Shown here: one piece after another, positions 12,419 through 25,334 of the stretch
Numbering within the stretch: the first letter of the stretch is position 1
Layout: every line of letters starts with the position of its first letter
From: Tubulanus polymorphus
Taxonomy: Eukaryota; Animalia; Nemertea
DNA: 64,000 nucleotides
Assembly: GCF_964204645.1 (NCBI RefSeq)
Contig: NC_134029.1
Span: 12,178,850-12,242,849, forward strand
Direction of reading: 5' to 3'
Program-made: the position numbers and the translations under genes
The notes under the pieces: generated by a model
What the model was told of the DNA's origin: nothing
The model's input: only the letters and a program-made list of their open reading frames with translations
The model's database searches: none

Positions 12419-15400
12419 ATGGAAGCAAATAAGTACTACTGTTCAACGTGTAAAATCAATATAGATAAATCCCAAAAAGCAAGACACAAAAAAACTAAAT
12501 CACATTTAGAGAATAAATTGAAATTAGAATATGAAGATGATATATTAGAATCTAAATTAGATGAATTAAAGAATGAAAAAGAAATATATAAATGTGATAC
12601 ATGTAATCAATCATTCAGTGATAAAAGATATTATAATGAACATTTAAAATCTAAAAGTCATATCAGAAATATGAATAATGATATTTTAGGTGAAGATTAT
12701 TTTGATAATGATAAGAAACATAAGACAATTGAAAGAATAAGAAATAAATTAAACAATAAAAGACCGTACATGGAAGATGTAAGAAATTATATTAATTCAT
12801 TAGATAATAAAAAAGATATAGAAATAACCGAAGCATTTAAAAGTGATATTGGTCCAGCAGCTATTGAGTTTAAATTTCATAAAGGTAAAACGTTAGAAGA
12901 AAATAAAAAAACATTTAGAAAATATGAAAGATATAATAAAAACAATTACAGATGTTGAATATCCTAAAATTAGTATATCTTCTAAAGTAAAGTTTATAAA
13001 ATCTGAAGATTAGCCAATATATAATATAAATTCTCATTCACAACATATTATATCTAAACAACATATAGATGAAAAATTAGATAAATGTTATAATGAAGTA
13101 AAAACTAAAATAGAAGAGAAATATTTTGAAGGGTCTGGTTTAATATTTGATGAGATAATATTTATGACTTTACATGTTTATAACACAAAATATAATAAGT
13201 TAACTAAATCAAAACCAATTGATGAAAATAATGTATCATATTATAAAGAACCAGATATTGAAGCATCGAGTTATATAAAACTACCATTTAAAACTAATGC
13301 TGTAATAAATGTACAAAATTTTGATGATAAATGTTTTCTATGGACAATTATAAGTTGCTTACATCCAACAGAAGATATTACACATACTTATAGATTAACT
13401 CATTATAAACCATTTGAAAATAATTATAAGATATATAATTATCCTGTTAGAATTAAAAATATCCCAAAAATAGAAAGAGATAATAATTTAAGAATAAATG
13501 TATTTGATTTAATCAAATTGCCAAAAACAAAAGGTAACAATATAAAACATTATACACTAGAACCTTTATACCTATCAAAAGATTATGATTCAAATGATGT
13601 TATAGATATACTATATTATGAAAATCATTATATGTGGATCAGAAAATGATCACCATAAAATATATCTTTGTAGAAAATGTTTACATAGATTCAGTAATGA
13701 AAGTACATTATTAAATCATAAACAATTATGTGAAAATCATGATTATTGTAAATTAGTTTTACCAAATGGAAAAGATAAAATATTAGAATTCAAAAAATAT
13801 GATTACAAAAATAAAGTACCATTTGTAATATATGGAGATTTTGAATAATTAAATAAAGAATTAACTGATCAAGATAGAAAAGAAATATATTATAAAAGAA
13901 AGAAATTAAATTCTAATGAAAATGATTTTTCAGATGAACCACCAAAAACAAATACTATTAATAAGATTCATCAATCAGCTGCAGCTTTCGGGTTATATAT
14001 TAAATCTGATTATCCAGAACTAATTGAAAGTGAATATTATAATTACAGAAATGAAAATGTTATCAATCATTTTTGTGACTTATTAATTGAGTATGAAATA
14101 AGATTTAGTAAATTATTGAATACAAATATAGAAATTATAATGACAGAAGAAGATAAAGAAGCATTTGTGTTTGCAGATAAATGTTATTATTGTGAAAAGA
14201 TATTTAATTATAAAGATAAAAAAGTAAGAGGCCATGATAATTTGAATGAAGAAAATTAACTTTGTACCAGTTATATTTCATAATCTATCAGGATATGATG
14301 CACATTTATTTATCAAACAGCTATGCCATAAAATAGACGAAATCAATAATGAAATAGAAAGATTAAATTCAAATAGATCAAAAGATAAAATACCAACTTA
14401 TAAATTTAAAATGTTAGCTAGAACATCTGAGAATTATATATCATTCCAATTTGGGTGTTTAAGATTTATAGATTCATATAGATTTTTAAACAGTTCATTA
14501 GATAACTTATCTAAATCATTAGTTGATGATGAATTAAAAATATTAAAGCAACACTATCCAAATAATGATGATTTCCAATTAATGAGATATAAAGGAGCGA
14601 TTCCATATTCATTTTATAAATCACATTATGATTTTAACATAACTGAATTATTGAAAGAACAATTCTATGATGAATTAAAAAATGAATATGTTAAAGATGA
14701 AGTATATAATAGAACATTGAAAATTTGGAATCATTTCAAAATAGAAAATCATGGGCAATTAGTAGATTAATATTTAAAATCAGATGTATTATTATTATCG
14801 GATATATTTGAAAGGTTTAGAGATGTAAACCTAAAATATTTCAATATTGATCCTTGCCATTGTTATTCTAGTCCAGGTTTAACATGGGATTGTGGATTAA
14901 AATTTACAGATATAAAAATGGATTTGTTAACAAATATAGATCAATTATTATTATTTGAAAAATCTATGAGGAGGAGTTTGAGGTGTATTAGGGGATAGAT
15001 ATTTCAATGTAAATGATAACCCCGGATATAAGTTATTATATATAGATGCAAATAATTTGTATGGTTGGGCAATGATGGAATCACAACCTTATGGAGTATT
15101 TGAAATAAGTGAAGTTTTACAACATGAAAATAATGATTAATTTGATTGGAAGAAAAGAATTCTAGATATTGCAGATGATTCAGATACTGGTTACTTTTTT
15201 GTTGTAGATTTAGAATATCCTGAACATATTAAATTTAAATCTAGAAATCTAGCATACTGTCCCGAACATAAAACTGTAACGCATGAAGAACTATCAAATT
15301 ATCAAAAAAGAATTAAACCCGAAAATCATATTCATACAGAAAAGTTAATGGTAACTTAAGAAGATAAATATAATTATGTAGTACATTATAGAATGTTAAA

Positions 15401-16376
15401 GTTTTATTTGAATCAAGGAATGATCCTAAAAAAAGTACAAAGATATATTTCATTCAGTCAACCTTAGTGGTTAGAGAAATATATAGATTTTAACACCAAA
15501 CAGAGAACTGAAGCTAAAACTGATTTTGAGAAAGATTTTTTCAAGTTAATGAACAATGCATTCTATGGTAAGACTTGTGAAAATATTAGAAATAGAAATG
15601 ATATTCAGTTAGTTAGTAATGGTAAAAGAATTAGACATTTACAAACATATCCTAAATTTATAGGTAACAGTATATTTGATGAAAATTTAGCTGCAGTTAA
15701 GATGAGAAGAACTTCTATGAAATTTAATAAACCAATTTATGTTGGAGCATCAGTTTTAGAAATATCAAAGTTATTAATGTATGAATTCTATTATAATGTA
15801 TTACAACCTCATTTTGGAGAAAAACATATAGCAATCTTATATTTTGATACCGACAGTTACATATTAAAGATAAAAACTAATAACATAACAGATGATTTAA
15901 AAACATTAAAACATCATTTTGATTTCAGTAATTATCCTAAAAATCATGAATTGTTTAGCAATGATAATAAAAAGCGACCCGGTAAATTCAAAGATGAATT
16001 AGGTGGTGAAGAAATGATAGAGTTCATTGGTATTAGATCTAAAATGTATTCATATAAAACTAAAGAACATGAAGCTAAAAAGTTAAAAGGAATAACCAAA
16101 AGTGTAGTAGAAAAGAATATTCATTTCAAAGATTACATCAATTGTATATTCAAAGAAGTTAGAAAACAGAAGATGAGATGTTTAAGATCTGAAGATCACG
16201 GGATGTTTATTGAAGAGATAGAGAAGATAAGTCTAAACCCATTTGATGATAAAAGTTATATTTTAGATGATGGAATTCATACAGTTGCATATGGTTGCAA
16301 TTTAGATGAATACTTAAAATTTGAAAGAGAAGAAACAAAAGAGAACGAGATTATGAACAGGATTCTAACGTGTTAA
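12419..16376 (+). pseudogene. P1 protein-primed DNA polymerase B (intein-free), many stops and frameshifts
   Basis: DDKCFLW, VIYGDFE, FHNLSGYD, YIDANNLYG, KLMNNAFYGK, YFDTDS, PGKFKDE motifs. Confidence 0.95.
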
Positions 16377-16405
16377 TCAAATTTTGATAAAAATATGTTA
16401 TTAAA

Positions 16406-16759
16406 ATGGAGAGTAAACAAGCACACAGTGAGAACAACAAATTATTTCTAGATAGAATAAAAGATACTTCAAATGTCAAATCAGTAGATTATAAATTCAA
16501 GAAGTTAAAAGAATTAACAATCCATAAGAAATATCTAATTACAGATATTGTTAGAGTTACTAACAAATATGGAGATAAATTAGTTATATACTTAGAATAT
16601 GAAGGATTAAAAGGAAATACATATAAATTCAGAACATATTTACCGGATAGATTTCATAGATTATCAAGCGAAGATCTAGAAGAATTATGTTCAGGTGATT
16701 TCTATTTCGTATACAAAGGTAAGAATGAAAAAGGGCATCATGAAATAGATTTCGAATAA
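16406..16759 (+). CDS. P1 small protein, probable OB-fold ssDNA-binding; homolog of 62723-63049
   Basis: Shared motifs KYGDK/KYGEK, YLPDRF/FLPDKW, YKGKNEKGHH/YHGKNEDGHH. The fold assignment is inference. Confidence 0.55.
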   Translation: MESKQAHSENNKLFLDRIKDTSNVKSVDYKFKKLKELTIHKKYLITDIVRVTNKYGDKLVIYLEYEGLKGNTYKFRTYLPDRFHRLSSEDLEELCSGDFYFVYKGKNEKGHHEIDFE

Positions 16760-16773
16760 AATATGTAAAATGA

Positions 16774-17535
16774 ATGGTGGAATTAAAAGAATGCAGAATA
16801 TTTGTTGATTCAAGAAGACTTACAAATTACAAATCACATAATTTACTAGTACAATTAGATAGAGAATTTAAGAATTGTGTTGATTTAAAATTAGTAAATA
16901 TAAGTTTATGTAATTCTTTTTATAATATATCGAATAGAACTATTGAACATAGAGACTTTTTAATTTTTGATAAAGGTAAAAATGAATGGTCTTATATATA
17001 TTTAAAACCGGGGTCATATAATTTAGATACATTAGCACAAGAAATTAATAGAAAAGCCTGGCACAAATTAGGTAGTAATTCCGGGTTTAGTATTAGATTT
17101 TTAAAAAGTGATAGTTCTGATAGAATAAAGATAAGGTTGTCTAATAGTGAAAAACATAAATTTATGGTAAAAAAACCTATAGCTAAACAGTTAGGAATTC
17201 TTCCAGATAGATCTTTTAAAAATGTTTATGTTGTTACACCAAACTTAATACCTTACACACATTTTTATATTTTTCGCAATTTAATTGATCCTACAAAAAC
17301 ATTCGAAGCAACTAAAGATATAACTTGTAATTCTGGTTTATTAAACATTTTACCATTGAAGAATGTTAAAGAATTTGGAACGCAAATAAATAATAATTTA
17401 ACAGAATGTGATTTCAAACCATGCATTCCTCGTTTTAATAATTTTAGATTAGAAATTAGAAATCACAATGGATACTTAATTGATTTAAATAATTTCCCTG
17501 TAATTTATGAATTAGTTATAAGTTGTAAAGAGTAA
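16774..17535 (+). CDS. P1 putative minor capsid (penton) protein
   Basis: SFYNI, NLID and a C-terminal IRNHNGYLIDLNN.PV..EL pattern typical of Polinton single jelly-roll pentons. Confidence 0.7.
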   Translation: MVELKECRIFVDSRRLTNYKSHNLLVQLDREFKNCVDLKLVNISLCNSFYNISNRTIEHRDFLIFDKGKNEWSYIYLKPGSYNLDTLAQEINRKAWHKLGSNSGFSIRFLKSDSSDRIKIRLSNSEKHKFMVKKPIAKQLGILPDRSFKNVYVVTPNLIPYTHFYIFRNLIDPTKTFEATKDITCNSGLLNILPLKNVKEFGTQINNNLTECDFKPCIPRFNNFRLEIRNHNGYLIDLNNFPVIYELVISCKE

Positions 17536-17553
17536 TTTTTTTTCACTATATAA

Positions 17554-17891
17554 ATGAATATAACTGTTGGACCGAGTATATGTTTTGGATTTGATTTTAA
17601 ACATGGTAAAGAAATGAGAATTAAACTAAATGATGTAATTACTGATATAAAAAGTAAATCATTTAACAATGCATCGATGATTAATAAAGAAAATTATAAT
17701 ATAGAAAAAGTAATTGATTTAATTAAAACGCCTTTAGAATATTATGAATTAAATGAAGATGGAATTATTGATGATATTAAAAACATATAATCCAAAATAT
17801 ATGATAATCATAAAAGTAGTAATGAAATAAATGTTGAAATAATCATCACTGAGATAACTAAATATTTTGAGGATAGTAATTTTTTTGATAA
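17554..17891 (+). pseudogene. P1 homolog of 54093-54452, disrupted
   Basis: Identical N-terminus MNITVGPSICFGFDFK. Premature stop at 17788. Confidence 0.75.
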
Positions 17892-18060
17892 ATGAGTGAT
17901 AATAAGTGGATAATAACTGGATTATATAATGCAGCATTACTATCAGTTGGAACTGTTGGTTATTCAATGGTATTAAAAAAAGTATTTAAAATGGGAAGTG
18001 TTAATGTTGATAGATTTGATATAAATGATATCTTAAAATTAACATTAGCAGTTACTTTAT
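17892..18060 (+). pseudogene. P1 homolog of 54453-54674, truncated by LTR insertion
   Basis: Near-identical to the P3 protein up to LAVTLS, then foreign sequence. Confidence 0.8.
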
Positions 18061-18064
18061 CTTT

Positions 18065-19624
18065 TGTAGCGGAAAATCCCTTGCCGTAGTTATTTTTCGG
18101 GGTGTTTTCTTCTGCAAAGCTCCTCCGCCGCCCTGCGCGTGGTTGATTTTATAAATTATAGTTTTGTATTTCCGGTGTTGGAAATGGTCGGTCGGTTTTG
18201 GGCGGTAATTAGCGCAACTTTTCTTAATCTCCCCTTTTTGCAATTTTGTCCGATCATTTCCCACACCTTTAAATTATCGTATCGCTTTGAAATTTGTACA
18301 GAATGTATAAACCTTGGATCAAAATGGTTTCACGTATTTTTCTTATCGTTCCGTCCATTTATAACTTAATTATATTAGGTTTTATATAAAAATTACCTCC
18401 TCTCGCTCTAATGTCCGCCATTTTGTTGTAATGTGACGTCACGTTGCTCGCATTCCTGACGTCATTGTGGCACTCAGCCAATCAGCGCTGAGTGCAGCGT
18501 GACGTCACCTTGCACTTTTTTTGAATTGAGAAAGTGAGTTCGCTAAAATTATCTGAGGTACGTAGTTCAACCCGGCGCCGAGTCCTCTTGGCGTCAGGTA
18601 GGACCCTCGTTACGAAGTCTATTGCTTAATGATCTTGTGCTCTGGGTCAACTTGGCGACCTATATCACTTTGATTCCCTTTTGACTTTAATAGATCAACC
18701 TGGCGATCTATTAAATCTCGTTTTATATAGGTCAACGTGGCGACCTATATATAAATTCTGAGATGCCGTCAGTTCAACGTTATCGGGGTCAACTCGGCGA
18801 CCCGGTTCTGTCAATTCTTTTCTTGACACATGATCTTTGAGCTTAATTTATGTATATATCCGTAGACATAATAAGCTCGACCTTTTTAAATTCCGGGCAA
18901 ATGCAATAATTAGATTATTTATTAGATTGTTAAAAATAATGAATCAGAGCAAGTTTTCTACGTTGATTTTTAAAAGTTTATTCTGTTTAATTATAGAATA
19001 TAATATACATTTCATTTATATGAACGTACGAGTTAAATTTGGAAAATATTATTAATATATATTGAATTTTAAAACTCTTGTTTTCTCTGTCGCGAGTAGA
19101 GGAGGAGGCCTGTGTCCCTTTTATTCCCCTAATTTGTGTGTCACATGAGTCCATAGTTGGGGCAAGCCAAAGAGGCCGGTTGCGAGAGCTACGTGCTGGA
19201 GGCACTTGGAATGACACTTTACACCATAGGATACCAGAGGAGAAGTAGGCGCCGGTGCTCGGGTGACCGTGTGATCTCGCGTCTCGTCAAGGGCCCTGAC
19301 TTGACTGATCACACGGCGGACACTCGTCCTGACTGGTCTGGTGACCCATTCATCCAGCCATGGGGTTGTGGGGTACGATTCGCACTCACCTCTGACACTA
19401 TTTTAGCCCTCGTGGAACCCCTTTTTCCCTTGAGTCAGCCGCTATCCATTTATCAACCTTCGGAGGATGACTTTTCCCCTTTGCAGTCCTACTACCCGGG
19501 ATTGTTCGACGAAGGCGGACCCTTGTAGCCATGCCCATCCTTTATTCCGTAAACGCTACCCTGGCGCCACCTCTTCGTTGAGTCACCCACCTCTCCGAGG
19601 GAGGCTCCGGGCGTCGCGGCTACA
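18065..19624 (+). mobile_element. 5' LTR (~1.56 kb) of an LTR retrotransposon, body deleted
   Basis: TGTAGC...GCTACA terminal inverted hexamer, immediately followed by a PBS. Polinton sequence resumes at ~19731. Confidence 0.8.
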
Positions 19625-19628
19625 AAAT

Positions 19629-19646
19629 TGGTGGCAGCGGTGGGAT
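19629..19646 (+). promoter_or_regulatory. Primer binding site complementary to the tRNA-Leu 3' end
   Basis: TGGTGGCAGCGGTGGGAT, 4 nt after the LTR end; reverse complement of the eukaryotic tRNA-Leu 3' end ATCCCACCGCTGCCACCA. Confidence 0.85.
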
Positions 19647-19730
19647 CAGTGATACAACTGACGTGGTATCTATCCTTGAAGCTAGCTGATGACGAGTGAC
19701 GGATTGATAGGATCAACTATTCGGTGGCTG

Positions 19731-20184
19731 ATCTATTAAAGGTATATTAATATTTCTTACCATTGCAACATATTCTAATGGCACAATACAGGTCGACAAT
19801 TATTATAATCCTGAAATAACAAAAGTAGAAATAACTATCGAAGGAATAGCAAATAAAATATTTTGTCAAGGAATGAGAATGATAGATCAATGGCCAGAAA
19901 TTAGAAAACATTTTATGAATGAAAAAGTAAAACCATCTGAAAATTGTAATATTAATCAAATTGATTATTATACAGGTAATAAATATGCACTATGGTTAGA
20001 TTTTAGAACAACAGAGGATAATTCATTACATGGTTCTGGAAAAAAATTACAAAATACAAAAGATGGAATACAATTATTCATGACAAAGAATAAAGGAATC
20101 AAAAATTTCAAAATGCACATTTATATTATATCTGACGCGCAATTAAATATTCTAAATTCTCAATTAAATAGTGTTATGTATTAG
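19731..20184 (+). pseudogene. P1 major capsid protein, C-terminal fragment
   Basis: Nearly identical to P3 59174-59627 (KYALWLDFRTTEDN.LHGSG). Confidence 0.85.
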
Positions 20185-20216
20185 AATTTTAACTTTAATA
20201 AATATTTATTATATAA

Positions 20217-20987
20217 ATGGAAGGAGGTAAAGTATATAAACATATTCCATACATCGATACACATGAAAATAATGATGGCTTATATTATGTAATACCTTGT
20301 AATATAGCTTTGATATTTGATCCTATTTACAAAATATATAAAACTAAACTAATAGAAATCGATAATAATAAAAGTGGTGTTGTTGATAATTTAAGTAATG
20401 TAATTAATAATAATGTAATACCTTCTACATCTAATAATGTAATACCTTCTACATCTAATAATGAAATAATATTAAATTATGGTGAAAATAGAAATTATTG
20501 TGGATATTGTAATGGTGAATTTTCAAACGCTTCATCAAATTGGAATAAACATATGAATACAAAGACACATATGACTAATGTAATAGAACGTGTTGGTTTA
20601 AAAGAATTTATAGAACACCCATTTAAAATGTTGCAAAGTTTGTTTCAAATAAAAAAAGTAAATGGTAAAGATTTATATGAAGATTTATTATTAGCAACAC
20701 CTAATAAAGATTAATTAGATTTAACCGATGCTAATAAAATATTAGGATTAAACATTGTAAATGAAATATTAGGAGCAAACACTAAGAAAGAAGATAATGA
20801 AAATGTAGTTACAGATAAGCATATTGATATTAAAGTTTATGTGGACACACTTTTGGTGAAAGATAAAGAAGAAACTATTGATGATGCGGTAGAAAAGATG
20901 AATAAGTATAACAATAAAACAACTATTGATGATGATACGGTAGAGAGTTTGAATACATTGTTAGGGTCTGATAGTGAAAGTGATTAA
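20217..20987 (+). pseudogene. P1 accessory ORF with C2H2-like zinc finger; frame continues past the stop at 20712
   Basis: TATAAATG start; CGYC...WNKHMNTKTH motif; acidic C-terminal continuation. Confidence 0.55.
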
Positions 20988-21555
20988 GATATCAATTATA
21001 TTTAACTCAAATAATAATATTGGTTGAAAATTGTATAAAATAATAGTAAATAAAAAAGGGGGTTTTAAGTATTTAAGGTATTTAAGGGATCTAATACATA
21101 TCTAATACATATCTAATACATATCTAATATATATTATTTGAAAATACCTTAAATTATATTATTTTTTTTAAAATTTATATTGAAACCTCAGTAATAATAA
21201 ATAACCTTTATTATTTTCAAACTTATTCATATATTAGTCGAAAAAATAAAAATAAATTGGTTGAAAATTGTATAAATAATATTTATTTTAAAAAAGGGGG
21301 TTTTAAGTATTAAGGTACCTAAAAGGGTATCTAATACATAGGTAGGTATTAGGGTATATAATAGGGTATCTAATAGGGTATCTAATACATAGGTATATTT
21401 TAAACATATTTCAATATTTATATTTGTATGAGTTAGATTTTTAAACATTAAAAGTGTTAGTAAAGTGTGATTGAAATAATTCATATTTAAATCATTGAAT
21501 GACATATAAATGAATAACTTCTAAAATCAATTTAGTAAAAAAATTTGATATTAAA

Positions 21556-21940
21556 ATGGAATCAGAACAACCACAAACTATCAATATTACAAATAACACC
21601 AGCGTTATAAATATATACTACAAGAAGTGTAGTACAACAGAATTTAATAAGCGTAAGATTAGCAAAGATGGTTTTCAATATTGTTGTAAAACTTGTACTA
21701 AACTATATACCAAACAATACCGAGAAGATAATAGAGAAGCTTACAATGATTATATGACAGAATATATGAGAGAAAGATATCAAACAGATCTTGATTTTAG
21801 AATGAAACAATGTTTAAGGACTAGATTAACACAATTATTCAACAAAGAAACGCATTCAGAAACACTATCTTATTTATTGGGTTGTTCAGATGAATTTTTC
21901 ATATCATGGATAATATATCAATTCGATGATAAAATGAATA
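21556..21940 (+). pseudogene. P1 HNH-endonuclease-like ORF (NCLDV/phage type), truncated by HINE insertion
   Basis: CKTC...ERYQTDLDFRMKQCLRTRL...LLGCS.EFF..WI.YQFDDKMN, the region that precedes W.NYG..WHIDH in this family. The catalytic part is missing. Confidence 0.6.
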
Positions 21941-22190
21941 TAGCTGCAAAGCAGCGATAACGGGTTTTCTGCACAGTCTTAGAATCCTGTTCAACGGTGG
22001 ATTTCAACAAAGCATTTGATAAGGCTCAACATCGGCCATTACTAAAGAGGCTATTAGGAAACAGTATCAATGATAGGTCGCCCAAATGGCTCAGCAGTTA
22101 TCTCTGAACGGAAACTTGTAACCGAAATCAACGGAACGCCTCCTCTTGGAATGAGACGGTCTAACTAGTGGAGTCACGCAAGGCATTTTT
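21938..22190 (-). mobile_element. HINE-A (Helentron-type) 3' end carrying a LINE RT fragment
   Basis: tatagctgcaaagcagc hairpin plus gggttttct subterminal repeat. Same sequence at 29155 and, reversed, at 43390-43692. Confidence 0.65.
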
Positions 22191-22595
22191 TCTGACCAGG
22201 CATTTATTTTGGCATTCAAACATCATGATACTGTATTATCACCATCCTTAAAAATGGATCTGTCCTATTAAGAACTCATCTTAAGCACATGCTGAGCCGA
22301 TAGATTGATTGAATTCACAGATAAGAACGTATTATGATTTAGAATAGATTTAAGAAGTTAATGTTTTTATTGAAATATTTGAATAAATACATATATTGTA
22401 GTGTAGATTCAATCAATAAATTATGAATTGATTTGGTCTGGGTTTCCGGCTGATGTTGATTTTGGCTTTTATGGATTACAAATTCTATAGTGATAAACAA
22501 TTGATACCTGCAACATGTGTGTAAATCAAACCTATTCTTCAAGTTGCGTGTGTTTCCTAATATACGGGAGAGTCACTCTTGATCTGAGTTATTAG

Positions 22596-23015
22596 AACTA
22601 GGGGTCCAGGGACACGATGCCCACTTGGGAAGTGGTTCCAAATGCTCAACAATCTAACAATTCAGGTATCAAAGGTATAAAACATCCTTTTTCAAAGAAT
22701 ACCCATCACAAACTGCAATGAGAAATGGCAAACTCAGAATTCGGGCCAAAATTGACATTTTTGGACAAAATGTGTAAAAAGTGTTGATTTTGGCGAATAA
22801 CAATGGCTGCCAGTCGGCCATCTTGATTCTGACAGCCAGTTTTTGGGCTGAAGATGTGTCTAGGGTAGATACATGTGTAACCCAAATGTCAAGACATTAC
22901 ATTGAAGCGTCTTCAAAACTTCCTAAAATAACTGATTTCTGATGACGGATGGACGACGGAAGAAAAAAAGTGAACGCAATAGCCCGCTGGGACTAAAGTC
23001 CCAAGTGGGCTAAAA
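22596..23015 (-). mobile_element. HINE-B copy (internally deleted)
   Basis: Reverse complement of both ends of 41585-42983. Confidence 0.7.
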
Positions 23016-24051
23016 ATAATGTTCATTTAGTTATAGAAATTCATTGCCTTTTTGGAGTTTCTGTAATAATATTTGTTCTGCCCTAATTTTTATTACTGTA
23101 TGAACCAATGATATGCTTTGTAAATATGATGTAATAAAATAAATTTGAATTAAATTTGAACATGAGAATCAAGCATAACTTGTGTTTTTTCAACTTGTCT
23201 TACTTGTCTTTTGTTAACAGTTCCAGAGTTTCTATTACAATCAAATCCAAATTGGCTAAAAAGTACATAGGACTAAATGAAATGAACCATTAGTTACTGC
23301 AAACCTATTCCAGTGTTATGTCGATCGTGTTGAATCACATTCCTTGAGTTAAAAGAATCAGATCTTCTATGGTACAACATCGGTCGAAGAGAGATATCTT
23401 GGTGTTGACGGTCCTTGACCATCTAACTTCACATTGGAATCAGCATCATACCCATTTGAACTGCAAAATATTCATACAACATGAAAACGTACAGTACATG
23501 TATACAGTAATCAAACTTTCACCGATGTTGGATATTTGAATGAACATTAGGTTTATTTCAGTATTCTAAAGCAGGAAATAATAAGCCCAATCAATAGGCC
23601 CTATTCCCATTGGAACAATTGTATAATGCGTACAGCTGTACCGTACACTTATCAGTCAAGAATGGAGAAATCGGTATACCAAACCTACGAACAAAATGAA
23701 GGCCATTGAATCAAGAAAGTGAAGATAGATGGATGTGGAATCAGAAATTATGGATATTTCAACTCATGAGACTGTAGCAGTTTAGCCATACTGTATAGGC
23801 TTTCAATGCATTACGTTTGCCGGAATTTCAATTGTGTCATTCAGCTGTTGTTAATGTCACACACAGTGACAGATGTTGTATTGTACTTTATTGATTCCTG
23901 CATTCCACGCATACCTTACCGCTCCTCTCAGGAGCGGCTTGGAATGTGGAAATCGATAATGATTGTAGAATAAAATATATGTGTGTTTATGAAATAGTAT
24001 TTCCACCAGTCGTTTCTTTGAATTTATTTTCAGTTTTAGGATTTATTATCA

Positions 24052-24121
24052 AGAATCCGAAATGACTTATCTGGACAGTTATAATTACTGCTCCTAATAG
24101 ATAGACAATAGTAGTGAGATA
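24052..24121 (+). other. Conserved non-coding element of the Polintons (inverted copy at 62619-62684)
   Basis: agaatccgaaatgacttatctggaca...gctcct.atagatagacaa.agtagtgagata is present in both P1 and P3. Confidence 0.75.
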
Positions 24122-24364
24122 ATCTAAATCCTAATTTAAATAAAAAGTATTTAAAAAACAATAACTTCAACTAGCTAGTGAATGCTATTATATTTTTAAT
24201 ATTTTCTTTTCAAAAGATAATACTTTATATTTTGAATAGATTCAAATAGAAATTCTTTAAATTCAAATAGTTAGTATCAGTAGTCAATACTAGAATTCTT
24301 TAACTTTAACTATCTAGTATCAGAATACTTATAATATTTTTCTTATTAAATTTCTCTAATATAA

Positions 24365-24967
24365 ATGTCAAAGAAATCTAATAAGAATAGTATTGATATT
24401 GAAAAAACATTAGATGATTTGGGTATAAGTGATGATAAAGATACAGTTGTTTCTAATTCTATTCAAGTTAATAACAATATTGATTATGAATACTATTTAT
24501 ATTGTAAGCATCATCTTCAATTATTAATTGCTGGCGGGAAATCTAAGGATTTCTTAGGAAAAATTTTAACTTATCAAGAACTAGATGCTATGAAACCCGA
24601 TAAAGTAATAAAATATTTTAAGATTTATGAAGAAGCTAGATTAGCTAGAATAAATGATTCTATTTCAGATGGTATTGTCAAATGTTATTCTAAGTTATGT
24701 AACCAGTTAATACCAATTGATGATGAAAATAAATTATATAATGATTTGAAAAATGACTACTTAGTTATGACTGAATTACAAAAATGGGTTGGTTATGCTT
24801 CATTTCAATTAGGATCGGTTATGACATTAATTTCTACTGGCGTCATAACATTTTCGAATATCAAGCCTATGGAATATAAATCAGGTAAGAACGAAACAGA
24901 TGTACTACAACCAAACGTCGAAACAGAAAATGAATCAGAACAAAAATTTACTAAAATAAATGAGTGA
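24365..24967 (+). CDS. P1 conserved hypothetical protein; homolog of 61668-62258
   Basis: Shared IEKTLDDLGI, YEYYLYCKH, DLKNDYLVMTEL motifs. Confidence 0.75.
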   Translation: MSKKSNKNSIDIEKTLDDLGISDDKDTVVSNSIQVNNNIDYEYYLYCKHHLQLLIAGGKSKDFLGKILTYQELDAMKPDKVIKYFKIYEEARLARINDSISDGIVKCYSKLCNQLIPIDDENKLYNDLKNDYLVMTELQKWVGYASFQLGSVMTLISTGVITFSNIKPMEYKSGKNETDVLQPNVETENESEQKFTKINE

Positions 24968-25328
24968 TGGAGTTAAGAAAAAGGCTAGATCAGAGAAACA
25001 AATTAAATGGGCAAGAGAATTAGGTAAAAGATCTTCAGAATTAAAAAAAGCTAAGAAAAAGAAATTAACTGATATAAATGAATCACAGACTTTATCTGAT
25101 ATTGATTCAAATAATAATCCATCTGATTCTTCTAATGCTGGAAGTAATAATTACTTATATATTACAATTGGGTTAATCACAATTATTATATTATCCGGTG
25201 TAATATATTAATCAAAATTCAAATCTGATGATAAAGATGATTCCAATGATAATAAACCTATCATACCAGAAAATAAATCAAATCATAAAGTCATTGAAAC
25301 TAAATCTAAGTTATTATTAATGGATTAA
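24960..25328 (+). pseudogene. P1 basic/TM small protein; homolog of 62206-62559, stop at 25209
   Basis: R.EKQI.W.R.LG motif, TM segment. The frame continues to ...MD* as in the P3 homolog. Confidence 0.7.
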
Positions 25329-25334
25329 AATAAG

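Noticed and set aside
24052-24121. SECIS or hammerhead assignment for the conserved element
   Set aside because: ATGAC is present but the quartet and helix geometry do not fit, and there is no CUGANGA/GAAA core.
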